Below are positions 1 to 9,313 of a stretch of 64,000 nucleotides of DNA, one piece after another. Both the position numbers and the translations under genes were made by a program. A model generated the notes under the pieces. It worked only from the letters and a program-made list of their open reading frames with translations, did no database searches and had not been told where the DNA came from. Each line of letters opens with the position of its first letter. Positions within the stretch are counted from its first letter, which is position 1. The stretch lies in sequence record OR493421.1. One strand, written 5' to 3'.

Positions 1-179
1 ACGGGGTAAAGCGTGATCGTCAGTTCTTTAGTGTGAGCGACCATCGACTGAGGCGAAATGGTGAAGGGAATGAAATTAAAATCAAAGGGTTCCTTTAACC
101 CTTCTACGGTAAAGATCGCTTTAAAATTTTCTAGATCTTCTGCGTCTATACCGAAAAACCAAATGTTATCTAATTGCAT
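1..179 (-). CDS. hypothetical protein, runs off window edge (MQLDNIWFFGIDAEDLENF...)
   Basis: ATG at 179 with AGGAA RBS; open to position 1. Confidence 0.6.
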   Translation of the reverse strand, partial: MQLDNIWFFGIDAEDLENFKAIFTVEGLKEPFDFNFIPFTISPQSMVAHTKELTITLYP

Positions 180-206
180 GATATTTTTCCTAAATTGATA
201 CTCGAG

Positions 207-545
207 TTAAAATTGTGCGCAATACCAGCCGTCTTGTTCTTTGACTTTGATGGTAACAGTATGTCCAAGAACTTCAACGATATCTGGATTATCCATCTTT
301 TTACCGTATTCTGCTTTTCTAAGAATAGGCGCTATTAAATGGACACATGCGGTAGGACTTAACTTAATAAACCCTTTATAATACTTATTCCCCTCAGTGC
401 CGCTAGGACGGAATCTGAGCGTTCTCTCTTCTACTGACCACTCTACTATTAATCTTGGGACAAAATGTCCTATGATCCCCCTGAGTGGGTTTAATATAGT
501 TAATCTTCCGTAACTCGCTAAAGCTATTTTTAATTCATGTTCCAT
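207..545 (-). CDS. hypothetical protein
   Basis: 112-aa ORF co-oriented in operon. Confidence 0.7.
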   Translation of the reverse strand: MEHELKIALASYGRLTILNPLRGIIGHFVPRLIVEWSVEERTLRFRPSGTEGNKYYKGFIKLSPTACVHLIAPILRKAEYGKKMDNPDIVEVLGHTVTIKVKEQDGWYCAQF

Positions 546-621
546 ACCAAAGGAACCTCCAGGGTGCTGTGGATTTTCAAGCGTCTGAGTTTATCCCTGG
601 TCGATTGGGAACGCTTTTCAT

Positions 622-834
622 TTAGAAACTCCCAGCCGCCAAGAAACAAATCGTTTTTGTTGTCACAATTATCCCGAGTCCCGCCTGAATCCAATAAATG
701 ATCAGATCAGTTTTATTCGGGTTCTTGCAGTATTCGATATAGGACGTTACACATTTTAGTAAAACGTAAACCGTACACATGACCTGAACGATAAACCATC
801 CCTTAGAAACCGGAGCGAAAAAGAAATCGATCAT
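622..834 (-). CDS. small membrane protein
   Basis: two hydrophobic segments; ATGA overlap with upstream gene. Confidence 0.7.
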   Translation of the reverse strand: MIDFFFAPVSKGWFIVQVMCTVYVLLKCVTSYIEYCKNPNKTDLIIYWIQAGLGIIVTTKTICFLAAGSF

Positions 835-1097
835 TTGTTAACTCCTTTTTCCATTTCATGCGATTCCCCGGTTTTTAAATCCACCCGGTAGCAGCGCTGA
901 GCACCTCCGGTCACAGCGGAATCATTAGGACGACAAATGGTCGCATTGTCGTGGTCCATGACGGTTACCGTTCCATCGCTGCACTGATAGACCGTCTTTT
1001 CGTAATGATCCATCGCAACACAACTCCCGGTAACTGTAGAGTTTTTCGCATAGGACAGACTGCAACATAAAACTAACAACCCTAAGAAATATTTCAT
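831..1097 (-). CDS. small secreted Cys-containing protein
   Basis: N-terminal signal peptide (MKYFLGLLVLCCSLSYA), four Cys in mature part. Confidence 0.75.
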   Translation of the reverse strand: MKYFLGLLVLCCSLSYAKNSTVTGSCVAMDHYEKTVYQCSDGTVTVMDHDNATICRPNDSAVTGGAQRCYRVDLKTGESHEMEKGVNK

Positions 1098-1819
1098 TTT
1101 AAAGATTCCTTAATCTTCGCCCACTGGGCTTTTAACAGTTCGGTGTAAAAAGCTTTGTTGTCAGAATATAATCCGACCGAATAAGCTTGGTTAACTTCTA
1201 CCAATGCCGTGTCTCCGGAAGATAATACGCCGACATCCAAAACTACGGGATAGAGATTGTTTTTATGAATGACCTCTATCATTTTTGAGATGGCTTTATA
1301 ATGAGGGAGGACGTGAGGGTCGCCGCTGTAATGAACCGGATCGAAGCAGAATGGGTTTTGAAGGTAGATTCTCCATTCACTGACCCATTCAACAACTTCT
1401 GAAATATATATCGGGATACTGGACTTAACGAAGTTTAAACGATAATCGGTGATATCTTCAGCTACGAATCCGGTAAAAGCTTTGGTTTCTAACTTGGGTT
1501 TTATGAAAATAGGAAAGCGGTTGGGATTGAGGAAACGCTTGGTCGTAACGGATATTTCCCGGTGTAAGAAATCCTTTAATACTACCGGATAACAGTCAAA
1601 ATCTTCCTCATATCCCATTTGTTTAAATGCCGCTTCTACGAAAGGAAGTGAACCTGCGACAAGATCATAATCCATGATGTTCCCGTCATATCTCTTCCTT
1701 ATCAGCTGCTTTAAACTGCGTCTAACGATCGAGGCTTCTTCTCCTATTTCTTTATAGTGATCGAAAATAGCTTGTTCTTCTTTACGGAGCTTCATTGAGT
1801 GATGTTCAAGCAGTATCAC
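1094..1819 (-). CDS. ATP-grasp domain protein (DUF4343/R2K-like)
   Basis: FIKP..KAFTG, SEWRIY and VLDVG...LVEVN...GLY motifs typical of R2K ATP-grasp ligases. Confidence 0.8.
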   Translation of the reverse strand: MILLEHHSMKLRKEEQAIFDHYKEIGEEASIVRRSLKQLIRKRYDGNIMDYDLVAGSLPFVEAAFKQMGYEEDFDCYPVVLKDFLHREISVTTKRFLNPNRFPIFIKPKLETKAFTGFVAEDITDYRLNFVKSSIPIYISEVVEWVSEWRIYLQNPFCFDPVHYSGDPHVLPHYKAISKMIEVIHKNNLYPVVLDVGVLSSGDTALVEVNQAYSVGLYSDNKAFYTELLKAQWAKIKESLK

Positions 1820-1823
1820 GGTG

Positions 1824-2072
1824 TTATCCCTCCAGAGCTTTAGTTATCGCCGCTGCTTTGGCTAGAAATGCCTCGATCTCTTTGGCAGTGTAGTACTCGT
1901 AATGACCCGATGTGTTGCAGCATACCGTTCCCCACGGAAATAATTTTTCTATGCCTAATACAAAGAACCCATCGTGGTTCCAGCACGTTATCCACCTTTC
2001 AAGTTCGCGCGGGAGATCGTTAAGAACTTTGTCTTCCGTTAAAACAACAACAAAAATGCCGTTATTAGCCAT
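1824..2072 (-). CDS. hypothetical protein
   Basis: 82-aa ORF in operon. Confidence 0.7.
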   Translation of the reverse strand: MANNGIFVVVLTEDKVLNDLPRELERWITCWNHDGFFVLGIEKLFPWGTVCCNTSGHYEYYTAKEIEAFLAKAAAITKALEG

Positions 2073-2239
2073 TTAATTTAAACCTTTTATCTTTAGCAAA
2101 TTTGAATGATGGGAATCTTGGTAAGACACCCTATCGTTAATAAAGCAATCGAGCGAATTAAGTGGAACATCCTCTCTTTTAAAAATTCACAGCTTCTGTT
2201 ATGGCCGTCAAGCTTATGTTAACGACACACAGAATCACA

Positions 2240-2264
2240 AAGATCTAGAGGAGCTCTAGATCTT
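2240..2264 (-). terminator. hairpin, 11-bp stem
   Basis: AAGATCTAGAG-GAG-CTCTAGATCTT directly after 2270..2500. Confidence 0.55.
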
Positions 2265-2269
2265 GCGCG

Positions 2270-2500
2270 TCAGCCTCCTTGGATTAGACCACAAGAAAAT
2301 ATAATAAGTCCAACAGCAGTTAACCCAGCCCCAGCAACGAACATTTTGTCAAAGGCATCTAAGCTGTTCTTAATTAAGATTCTGATTAAGACGTAAAGGA
2401 AGATAAAACCCCCTACCGCAAAACAACTTCCTAAAATTATCGTCGGTGTCACGACAATTCCCTCCCAACAAACGTTTTTAAAACAATAATCATATCTCAT
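2270..2500 (-). CDS. membrane protein (2 TM)
   Basis: two hydrophobic helices. Confidence 0.7.
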   Translation of the reverse strand: MRYDYCFKNVCWEGIVVTPTIILGSCFAVGGFIFLYVLIRILIKNSLDAFDKMFVAGAGLTAVGLIIFSCGLIQGG

Positions 2501-2738
2501 CCTCCGCTAATTTATATGACGAAATTAAGTCTGATTTTGATCCTTCGATTATGGGTACGGATCGGTGAAGGATTTCCGAATCATAAGGATCTTCCACACA
2601 AAAAGCATTTTCGAAATCGATTTCCTCCTCGGTAGAGGAACAGGATAGGTGATCGGGATCCGCATCCGGAAATAGCTCCTTAAATTCTTCTTTCGTGATT
2701 TTTGACCCGAGTAAAAAATCTAAATCGAAATAAATCAT
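2490..2738 (-). CDS. acidic hypothetical protein
   Basis: 82 aa, GGAG RBS. Confidence 0.7.
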   Translation of the reverse strand: MIYFDLDFLLGSKITKEEFKELFPDADPDHLSCSSTEEEIDFENAFCVEDPYDSEILHRSVPIIEGSKSDLISSYKLAEDEI

Positions 2739-2780
2739 TTTACTACTCCAGTTAAATAAAAGAAGTTGTCTATACGTTTA

Positions 2781-2794
2781 GGTAATATAGTTTT
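2781..2794 (-). promoter_or_regulatory. putative phage early promoter (TATATTAC core)
   Basis: exact TATATTAC on minus strand at 2782-2789 in AT-rich intergenic DNA just after a terminator; matches the phiKZ early consensus. Confidence 0.55.
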
Positions 2795-2817
2795 AAAATA
2801 ATATGAAAAAAAATAAC

Positions 2818-2849
2818 TTACTGGAGTGGGGATGACCCCACTCCAGTAA
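2818..2849 (-). terminator. intrinsic terminator-like hairpin, 14-bp stem
   Basis: TTACTGGAGTGGGG-ATGA-CCCCACTCCAGTAA followed by T-rich tract on minus strand. Confidence 0.8.
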
Positions 2850-2852
2850 CTG

Positions 2853-3272
2853 TTAGAATAATTTATTATTTTGGTAATCAGCCAATGCCTTGTGCGCGAC
2901 GGGATCGATGGTCGGAATGATGTCGTACCGCCCGAATCCTGCCTCGGAGATATGCAGTATTGTCCGATTGCGTATGTCTGCCCGAGTATTGAGTTCGTCT
3001 CTGATCTTCAACAAGTGATCCAGAAGGTGATCGAGATCACCCACCAATCCGTATAGAACGGACCCGCACATGAAAACAAAGAAAGCCCCTCCTCGTACAA
3101 ATACCACAATGCTGTTATGGAAACTGCTTTTCCCCACTCTATCTTTGACGTCAGATAAGAGAACACTGTGACCTGGGGTTGTTAATCTTCTTGTTCCGGC
3201 TTTATTAACCACGGTGTATTCGGTGGCGAGCTCACTGTCGTCATAGACAAATAAAATGACATTATTGAACAT
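2853..3272 (-). CDS. hypothetical protein
   Basis: 139-aa ORF. Confidence 0.7.
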   Translation of the reverse strand: MFNNVILFVYDDSELATEYTVVNKAGTRRLTTPGHSVLLSDVKDRVGKSSFHNSIVVFVRGGAFFVFMCGSVLYGLVGDLDHLLDHLLKIRDELNTRADIRNRTILHISEAGFGRYDIIPTIDPVAHKALADYQNNKLF

Positions 3273-3816
3273 GGTATTCTGGACCCTTATATAAGGCGAA
3301 GAAGAAATCGTCAGAGAAGGTTATTTCAAACCGCTCATTTTCGTATTCCACGCCGATGAGCTTATAAACCCCATTAGGGAATTCTTTCTTGTGAATCTGC
3401 ACGGGTTCTTTGTAAAAGGAAAGGAGGTATTTCTCCAATTTACGCATTTCCCCAACAGTGAGTTTCTTATCGAACTCCATGCTGTTTACCGTGAAGTACT
3501 CTTTGACGATTCGGTTCAGCTGGTTTCTGGTTTTACTTGGTCTTACTTTAATTACGGGAATGACCGAGTTTGGTTTACCGTTGAGCTTAATGGTAATATC
3601 ACGGTACATCAGCTCGCGTACTTGGGCTGTTAAAGGAATGTCGGGTCGACGGGTAATATTGCGTTCGATATGCTCTTTAATCAACGCATGACAAACCAGA
3701 GGAGGTAAGTTTTGTAAGAAGACGTCGTGCTTAGCTAACAGCCAAACATTAACAAGCCCTTCTTCTATTTCTATGGTGGTTTTCTTACCACCGACGCTAA
3801 CTGCTTGTAAAATCAT
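3262..3816 (-). CDS. hypothetical protein
   Basis: 184-aa ORF, AGGGAA RBS. Confidence 0.75.
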   Translation of the reverse strand: MILQAVSVGGKKTTIEIEEGLVNVWLLAKHDVFLQNLPPLVCHALIKEHIERNITRRPDIPLTAQVRELMYRDITIKLNGKPNSVIPVIKVRPSKTRNQLNRIVKEYFTVNSMEFDKKLTVGEMRKLEKYLLSFYKEPVQIHKKEFPNGVYKLIGVEYENERFEITFSDDFFFALYKGPEYHVQ

Positions 3817-3844
3817 GGATGACGTTCCCTAAAATAAATGGCTA

Positions 3845-4282
3845 TTAGAGCCAGTTAACGGTTCTACGATCGTTACTGACGTAGTTGCAACTGAGTTGTT
3901 CGAGCTGACTTAACGCGTCACCGAGCTCGTCTCTGGTGATTTCCTTACGTAACTCAAAGAACTCAGGTTCGTAAGTTCCGCAGAACAATAACGGGAACTC
4001 GTAGTTCCCCACAGTTACCATGCAACGGAAGAACCGGTAGTTGTCTTGACCCGCCCTGATTCGTTTATTAGTAAAATCGTTAGCCTCGATACCGAGACTA
4101 ATACTCTTACCATAAATTTTCAAATACCCTTCTTCGTCCCCTAAGAACCCAGCCGATTTACATCCTTTGAGTTGAAATTTAAATTGAAGGAAAGTTTCTC
4201 GATGAGTAACCGGGATATGGTTACCCCAAGCCACTATTCCATTTTTAACAACACCACCGCAATACAGAGCGCGTAAACTCAT
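3845..4282 (-). CDS. hypothetical phage protein
   Basis: 145 aa; SAGF...IYGKSISLG motif recalled from small phage proteins. Confidence 0.7.
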   Translation of the reverse strand: MSLRALYCGGVVKNGIVAWGNHIPVTHRETFLQFKFQLKGCKSAGFLGDEEGYLKIYGKSISLGIEANDFTNKRIRAGQDNYRFFRCMVTVGNYEFPLLFCGTYEPEFFELRKEITRDELGDALSQLEQLSCNYVSNDRRTVNWL

Positions 4283-4291
4283 ATCGAATCC

Positions 4292-4885
4292 TTAAAAATT
4301 ACGGAACACCAACCAGTTATTATAGCCGTAAATCGTTTTGACCGAGTTATTGTAATTGACCGAGTCAAAGATGCGATTAATTTTTGCTAGAGAGGTTTCT
4401 TTTAGTAACTCATCGGCTTGACCTACCCCGCCAAGATGAACGATTAAAGGATAACGCAAATTATCGGGAACTAACGGCTTCTTCATCCCAACTTCCAGGC
4501 AAAGGTTAGTCAGCGCGCTAGCGTCTGCAACAACGTAAACATCTTTAAAGACTTCCACCACCCGGCAGCTTAAACCGCTGTCTTCAAATTTAACGAATAA
4601 ACCGTTACTGATCTTTCTTGGGAGATCGAAAACACTCTTGCCCCTTATCACGTCAAGACAAAAATTATCATTATGTTTGTACTTTAACATAAGGGCGAAC
4701 TGCGAGCGATTAATCTTCAAGATCTGGTTTATTCCAGATGGGGAGTATCTGATAAATAAGGACCCGTCGTCATTAACCTTAATGACCCGGAGCTGTTCAT
4801 TAAACATCTCGTGCCAGAGATCGCCAGGCTGTGGGTCATTGAAAGCTTCTTCGTTAACTTGTTTCATTGCTTCGATGTTTGCCAT
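4292..4885 (-). CDS. hypothetical phage protein
   Basis: 197 aa; PQPGDLWHEMF N-terminal motif. Confidence 0.75.
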   Translation of the reverse strand: MANIEAMKQVNEEAFNDPQPGDLWHEMFNEQLRVIKVNDDGSLFIRYSPSGINQILKINRSQFALMLKYKHNDNFCLDVIRGKSVFDLPRKISNGLFVKFEDSGLSCRVVEVFKDVYVVADASALTNLCLEVGMKKPLVPDNLRYPLIVHLGGVGQADELLKETSLAKINRIFDSVNYNNSVKTIYGYNNWLVFRNF

Positions 4886-4888
4886 TTT

Positions 4889-5263
4889 TTATTTCCCCAG
4901 GTTATTAAGTTTATTGTAAGCGTCGTTTCGCTCGCCAATTAATCTTCTTAACTCTTCCATTTTTTCTTTTCTTTTACCGATTAGCATTCGCAGGGAGGCG
5001 AATTCCATGTTAAGCTCCGCAATAAAACTACGGACTCCTAACCGATAAACCGTTTTACCCGAAATGCCCAACTCAGTACCTAGCCGCTGGCATTTTTTGA
5101 TTTCTTTCTTTAATGCTCTTATCTTCTTAATAGTAAAAGATATTTTAGCCGAAAGGTCGTTGTAGCGAGCATAACCCAATTTGGTTCTAAACTCGTACAT
5201 CTTGAAACGATCCGACATAATACTTTCGTAAGTCTGCCCTACGGCGTTATTTTCGTCCATCAC
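4889..5263 (-). CDS. basic coiled-coil hypothetical protein
   Basis: 124 aa, heptad-like K/R-rich helices. Confidence 0.7.
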   Translation of the reverse strand: MMDENNAVGQTYESIMSDRFKMYEFRTKLGYARYNDLSAKISFTIKKIRALKKEIKKCQRLGTELGISGKTVYRLGVRSFIAELNMEFASLRMLIGKRKEKMEELRRLIGERNDAYNKLNNLGK

Positions 5264-5616
5264 AATCCCCTGAAAATCTCTCTGGTGCTGTCACGTTCTT
5301 CGTCTACATCAAGAATACCGTGAGAAACCATAATACCTTGAATGTACCCCAACCAGCGATGTTTCTTGGTAAGGGACATTTCAGAATTATCCCTTATACT
5401 CTCCAGCATCCAGATGAGATGCGACGTTTTTGTTTTACCCGTACCCAGTTCAGGAGAGTTTTTGAGGTAACCGAGGTAACGATCAACAATGTCGGGATAA
5501 AAGGTTTTTACCTGAATCCGACACTCTGCAATTTCCAGGAGTTCTTTATGGGTGATTGTGACGACTTCGAGAACTTTAGAAGAAGCAATGAGCTGCAGTA
5601 ATCTTTCCTCTTTCAC
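5260..5616 (-). CDS. conserved phage hypothetical protein
   Basis: KHRWLGYIQG...EERD motif. Confidence 0.75.
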   Translation of the reverse strand: MKEERLLQLIASSKVLEVVTITHKELLEIAECRIQVKTFYPDIVDRYLGYLKNSPELGTGKTKTSHLIWMLESIRDNSEMSLTKKHRWLGYIQGIMVSHGILDVDEERDSTREIFRGL

Positions 5617-6410
5617 GATGATAACTCCTGAGTTGATATTTTGTTGAAAACAATTTTAGAGTGAACCTGACCCCTACCTGCGACGAATTTGAACTGGGTA
5701 GGTGATTTAAAATGCGCTTTAAATTCACTAAGCAGCATTTTTATATTCACGTCTATCTTCATTGGGCGGCTGGCGTCAACCGATTTAATTTCTGCGACCA
5801 AGTTACCTTCCTGATCAAAGATCTCTTCGTCGAGAATAAACCGAGTAACGTTTATCGGGACAGTTAAATCTAAGGATTCTGTTTTTCCTTTAGGGAGGAA
5901 GGAAAAAGGAACGTACCCGCCGTTCAGTATTTCATCGACAGAGAATAAACGATAATTAGTCGCCTCCATACTTACGTTGACGTAACGATCGTCGTATAAC
6001 GTGTCGGTGTGCATGTGAGCGTGGATGTTAATATAACCATGTCCTAAAGCGTGTTTATGCATCGGGATGTGTGAGAACCATATCCCGTCCATTTTAATGC
6101 TGCCATGGACTTCATCCATCACGTCGGTAATCATTTTTATATTCACTCCGTTTTGGAGGTCGTGGTTACCGAGTACGTGGACTTTGTAAAACTTATACTG
6201 TTTTAGTTTTATTAGACTTTCTGGACTGAGGAAGTTGTCACCTAAGAAGATAACGATTTTATCTTCTGGGACTTGGTCGAGAAGGCCCCAGGTTTCATTA
6301 TCATGTTCTTCCATCGTACTAAACTGAGGACGGTATTTTAACATGATCTTATCGTTTACATGATTGCAGCCAGTCACATAAACGTCTTTCCACTCATACT
6401 GATCTTTCAT
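5613..6410 (-). CDS. calcineurin-like metallophosphoesterase
   Basis: FLGD, LGNHD, SHIP and HAHMH metal-binding motifs. Confidence 0.85.
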   Translation of the reverse strand: MKDQYEWKDVYVTGCNHVNDKIMLKYRPQFSTMEEHDNETWGLLDQVPEDKIVIFLGDNFLSPESLIKLKQYKFYKVHVLGNHDLQNGVNIKMITDVMDEVHGSIKMDGIWFSHIPMHKHALGHGYINIHAHMHTDTLYDDRYVNVSMEATNYRLFSVDEILNGGYVPFSFLPKGKTESLDLTVPINVTRFILDEEIFDQEGNLVAEIKSVDASRPMKIDVNIKMLLSEFKAHFKSPTQFKFVAGRGQVHSKIVFNKISTQELSS

Positions 6411-6434
6411 GATGTTAGTTCCTAAAAGGGTTTC

Positions 6435-6842
6435 TTAGGAGGCCGGGATGTAACCCCAACTCCCTATTATTAAATGTGTGTTGATTCCGTTAGCCCGATA
6501 ATACTCAGTGTACGCCTCTCGGTATTTATTTTTGAGTGTGATTTGTCTGGCGACGGCGGTTTTATGTTGCAGACAAAGCCCCGCAAGGATCCGGTTCACC
6601 CGATCTATTTTTGCGATGTGGGCGCTCTTTTCCAATTCGGTCAATGGCTGTGTTTTATTTAAATGACTCCGACGGTAATTGTGGTAAGCTATTTGGAGTT
6701 GCAATCTTGAATATTTTCTCTCTTTTATCGCTTCTGTAAGCTCGTTAATCAACCCCGTATTGAGAATTAATTCTATCTTCAGGGACTCGGCTTCTGGTCC
6801 ATGATCGGAACGGTAACCGCCGCGTCTTTTAAATCTAGCCAT
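6435..6842 (-). CDS. basic helical hypothetical protein
   Basis: 135-aa ORF, GGAGG RBS. Confidence 0.7.
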   Translation of the reverse strand: MARFKRRGGYRSDHGPEAESLKIELILNTGLINELTEAIKERKYSRLQLQIAYHNYRRSHLNKTQPLTELEKSAHIAKIDRVNRILAGLCLQHKTAVARQITLKNKYREAYTEYYRANGINTHLIIGSWGYIPAS

Positions 6843-6865
6843 AATCCCTCCAATTAAATATGTGA

Positions 6866-7288
6866 TTATTTTTTAACTAATTCTGGGTCGCCCACGTAAA
6901 GGTCGTAATGACACCTCAGGTTTAATCCCTTACGACTCACAGTAGCCCATCCGTAATCGCTCGTTACATCGGGAGCTGGGACAAAATGTTGAAAATACTC
7001 ATCTAGAGTCATTTCTCCGTTTCTGGCATACTGTTCAACGAAGTCCTTTAAACTCAATGGTTCTTCTGGATTGAGGGCATTACCGTAGTCCACGAAAACA
7101 CCTTCAGCGTGTTTCAAAAAAGCAAGCTGAACCAACTGCGGAGTATTTCTAGTGATCTGCCAGTGTACTTTGCCTGTGGTGCGTCCTACGAAAGGCATCA
7201 AAACATATTTGTTAAAGAAGAGAACCCCGAAGGATTCCCCTTTCTCGACATCGAATCCGATGATGCTTTTATATTCAGATAAGCGCAT
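6866..7288 (-). CDS. hypothetical protein
   Basis: 140-aa ORF. Confidence 0.7.
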   Translation of the reverse strand: MRLSEYKSIIGFDVEKGESFGVLFFNKYVLMPFVGRTTGKVHWQITRNTPQLVQLAFLKHAEGVFVDYGNALNPEEPLSLKDFVEQYARNGEMTLDEYFQHFVPAPDVTSDYGWATVSRKGLNLRCHYDLYVGDPELVKK

Positions 7289-7297
7289 ACGTGACCC

Positions 7298-7714
7298 TTA
7301 ATTGGTTTGGAGTGAACGTTCTCTGGTGAGCTGGAAGTAAAACGTTTTAATACGCTGAATGATCTTTACAAGATCTGTGAGGTTGTCGTCTCTGACAAAA
7401 TCAACATAATCGGCTTCTTCCAAATGATTTCCGACTATGCTTAGGTGATTCTCCCAATCGTGACCATCGTCCTTGAGGGCGGCGTGCAGCTCTTTACTCT
7501 GGTTGAGATAATGCGGAATAATGAAAACAACTTTCATTTTGCGACTATCAGCCAGCTTAATTCGCCGGATAATTTCTTTTGGTTCTATCCCGGTACGAAC
7601 GTAGATATACCCATCCTTATTCGTATCCAGATTCCCCTTAGGAACCCCGTAATCCTTTAAAAGAGAAAAGAACTCACGACTACAAAAATTTTCCTGAATT
7701 AAGAATATTCTCAT
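7298..7714 (-). CDS. hypothetical protein
   Basis: 138-aa ORF. Confidence 0.7.
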   Translation of the reverse strand: MRIFLIQENFCSREFFSLLKDYGVPKGNLDTNKDGYIYVRTGIEPKEIIRRIKLADSRKMKVVFIIPHYLNQSKELHAALKDDGHDWENHLSIVGNHLEEADYVDFVRDDNLTDLVKIIQRIKTFYFQLTRERSLQTN

Positions 7715-8280
7715 GCTACTTCCCCAATGTCACTACGAAGGATTAACCCCCGATTATAAACAAGCTTGCCAAGCGCACTGGCGTCCCCCATGACGGGATT
7801 TTTTGTCATCCTTAGGTGACTGTCTCCTACGATCATACAGCCGCGTACATGTGGATTGTTAGGGTTGCACAACCCCATGATCTGATCGATCATAAACTGC
7901 TCTCTTAATGCGAAGCTACGCCGACAATCGGTGTAGATTCCGTTCTCGTCTTTCTTATCCCAGGCGTAAACGGATTTATCCCAAAGATCGCACCCTACGA
8001 CTTGTAACCCGAGCTCTAACGCTAATTTAAACGAACGATCGCTAATTGACCATTTCTCTAATTCCAGTCCTCGTTTAATGGCATTAGGTGTGAGGAACAC
8101 TTCACTTCCGCATTCCTCACTAAAGAGGACTTTAAACGGCTTTAGCGCGTGAGCCCGCCGAATCAAAAATTCGACTTCATCGCGATCTTCTGCTGTATGC
8201 ATTTCCCCGAAGATAATGAACTTACTATTCTTAAGTTCGTTAGCCGTTACGTACTTGCGTTTGATACTTTTCATCAGCAT
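7711..8280 (-). CDS. EreA/ChaN/TIKI-superfamily-like hydrolase
   Basis: IIFGEMH, SEE, LREQFM and IVGDSHL motifs in the order seen in this fold. Confidence 0.55.
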   Translation of the reverse strand: MLMKSIKRKYVTANELKNSKFIIFGEMHTAEDRDEVEFLIRRAHALKPFKVLFSEECGSEVFLTPNAIKRGLELEKWSISDRSFKLALELGLQVVGCDLWDKSVYAWDKKDENGIYTDCRRSFALREQFMIDQIMGLCNPNNPHVRGCMIVGDSHLRMTKNPVMGDASALGKLVYNRGLILRSDIGEVA

Positions 8281-8570
8281 TCCCTTCCAGCGAAGATATC
8301 GGACATCATTTTAACGAAATATTCTTTAAAGTCAGAAGAGCTCTCTACGAGAATGTAAGGTTTCTTTCCGTAGAACGTGATCACTATTCCCGTGCGGCTG
8401 TAGAGGTTAACGGTGCGGTTAACCAAACGTATTCGGGCGATATCTCTTATGCGAAAACTGATTTGGTCTTCGCCGTCTATAATCGTGCATACCCCGTTTT
8501 TAATAAAGTACGATGGTGTTTCGTATTCCGGCCAATCTAGTAATTGACGAAAGAAAGATTCTAAGCTCAT
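8274..8570 (-). CDS. hypothetical protein
   Basis: start moved to ATG 8570 behind TTTTTAGGAA RBS. Confidence 0.65.
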   Translation of the reverse strand: MSLESFFRQLLDWPEYETPSYFIKNGVCTIIDGEDQISFRIRDIARIRLVNRTVNLYSRTGIVITFYGKKPYILVESSSDFKEYFVKMMSDIFAGREC

Positions 8571-8600
8571 GATGTTGATTCCTAAAAAAGACAAAATAAG

Positions 8601-8620
8601 AGAGGGGCGTTAACCCCTCT
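8601..8620 (-). terminator. intrinsic terminator
   Basis: AGAGGGG-N6-CCCCTCT then T-rich tail on minus strand. Confidence 0.7.
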
Positions 8621-8626
8621 ACGTTT

Positions 8627-9301
8627 TTACTTCGTTTCTTGGTACAGCGAACAAATGCGAAGCGCGTCCAAATAACAATCGGTCAGTGCATGATGGCTTA
8701 CAAGGCCTTCAAACAAACTTTCCTCTAGGGTGTAATGTCCTTTGACGTCACCTGTTTTAGCAAACACGATGCTTGGGATGTCAATCACGTCGTTGTGCCT
8801 GAGGAACATCTCTGTATCCAATCGCTTACACAGATTCTCTAACCAAATGTAATCCGCGTGAGTGCGACGAATCAGAATAACCATGTCCTCGGTCTTACGA
8901 CGATAAGACATGATGAAGCGTCTGAATTCCCGTAAGGCCGCGTAGGGAGAAACCTCGTTCTCTAACATCTTACCGAGGTTCGTTCCGTTCTTTTTGTAAT
9001 GCCATTCTCCGGTTTCTTTGGAGATGTCGAAACCCAAGAAGAACGATTCCTTTAGATTAAGATTACGATAAAACGTATCCGTATCCTGAGGATTCTTCAT
9101 TCGACGTTGTGTAGTTTCTAAACTAAACCGATCGAAAGCAAACGCACCCATACTGAGGATCGCCGGATTAATGCCAAGCGAAGCGGTTTCGAAATCAAAG
9201 ATGACAGTGTTAATATCAGAGTCAATAGGAAACTCGTCTTTTTCATCCGTCGTTTTGGTCTTGTAGTAAGAAAGCGACATCGTTCTAGAATTTACACCCA
9301 T
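8627..9301 (-). CDS. DEDD 3'-5' exonuclease (Rv2179c/DnaQ-like)
   Basis: IFDFETASL, ILSMGA and HHALTDC motifs. Confidence 0.85.
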   Translation of the reverse strand: MGVNSRTMSLSYYKTKTTDEKDEFPIDSDINTVIFDFETASLGINPAILSMGAFAFDRFSLETTQRRMKNPQDTDTFYRNLNLKESFFLGFDISKETGEWHYKKNGTNLGKMLENEVSPYAALREFRRFIMSYRRKTEDMVILIRRTHADYIWLENLCKRLDTEMFLRHNDVIDIPSIVFAKTGDVKGHYTLEESLFEGLVSHHALTDCYLDALRICSLYQETK

Positions 9302-9313
9302 GTTTAATCACCC

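Noticed and set aside
2123-2136. AAGACACCCTATCG is 13/14 identical to 60413-60426
   Set aside because: one short match among many intergenic pairs is compatible with chance
2093-2170. 25-aa hydrophobic mini-ORF (MFHLIRSIALLTIGCLTKIPIIQIC)
   Set aside because: GAGG lies directly against the ATG with no spacing; too short to support
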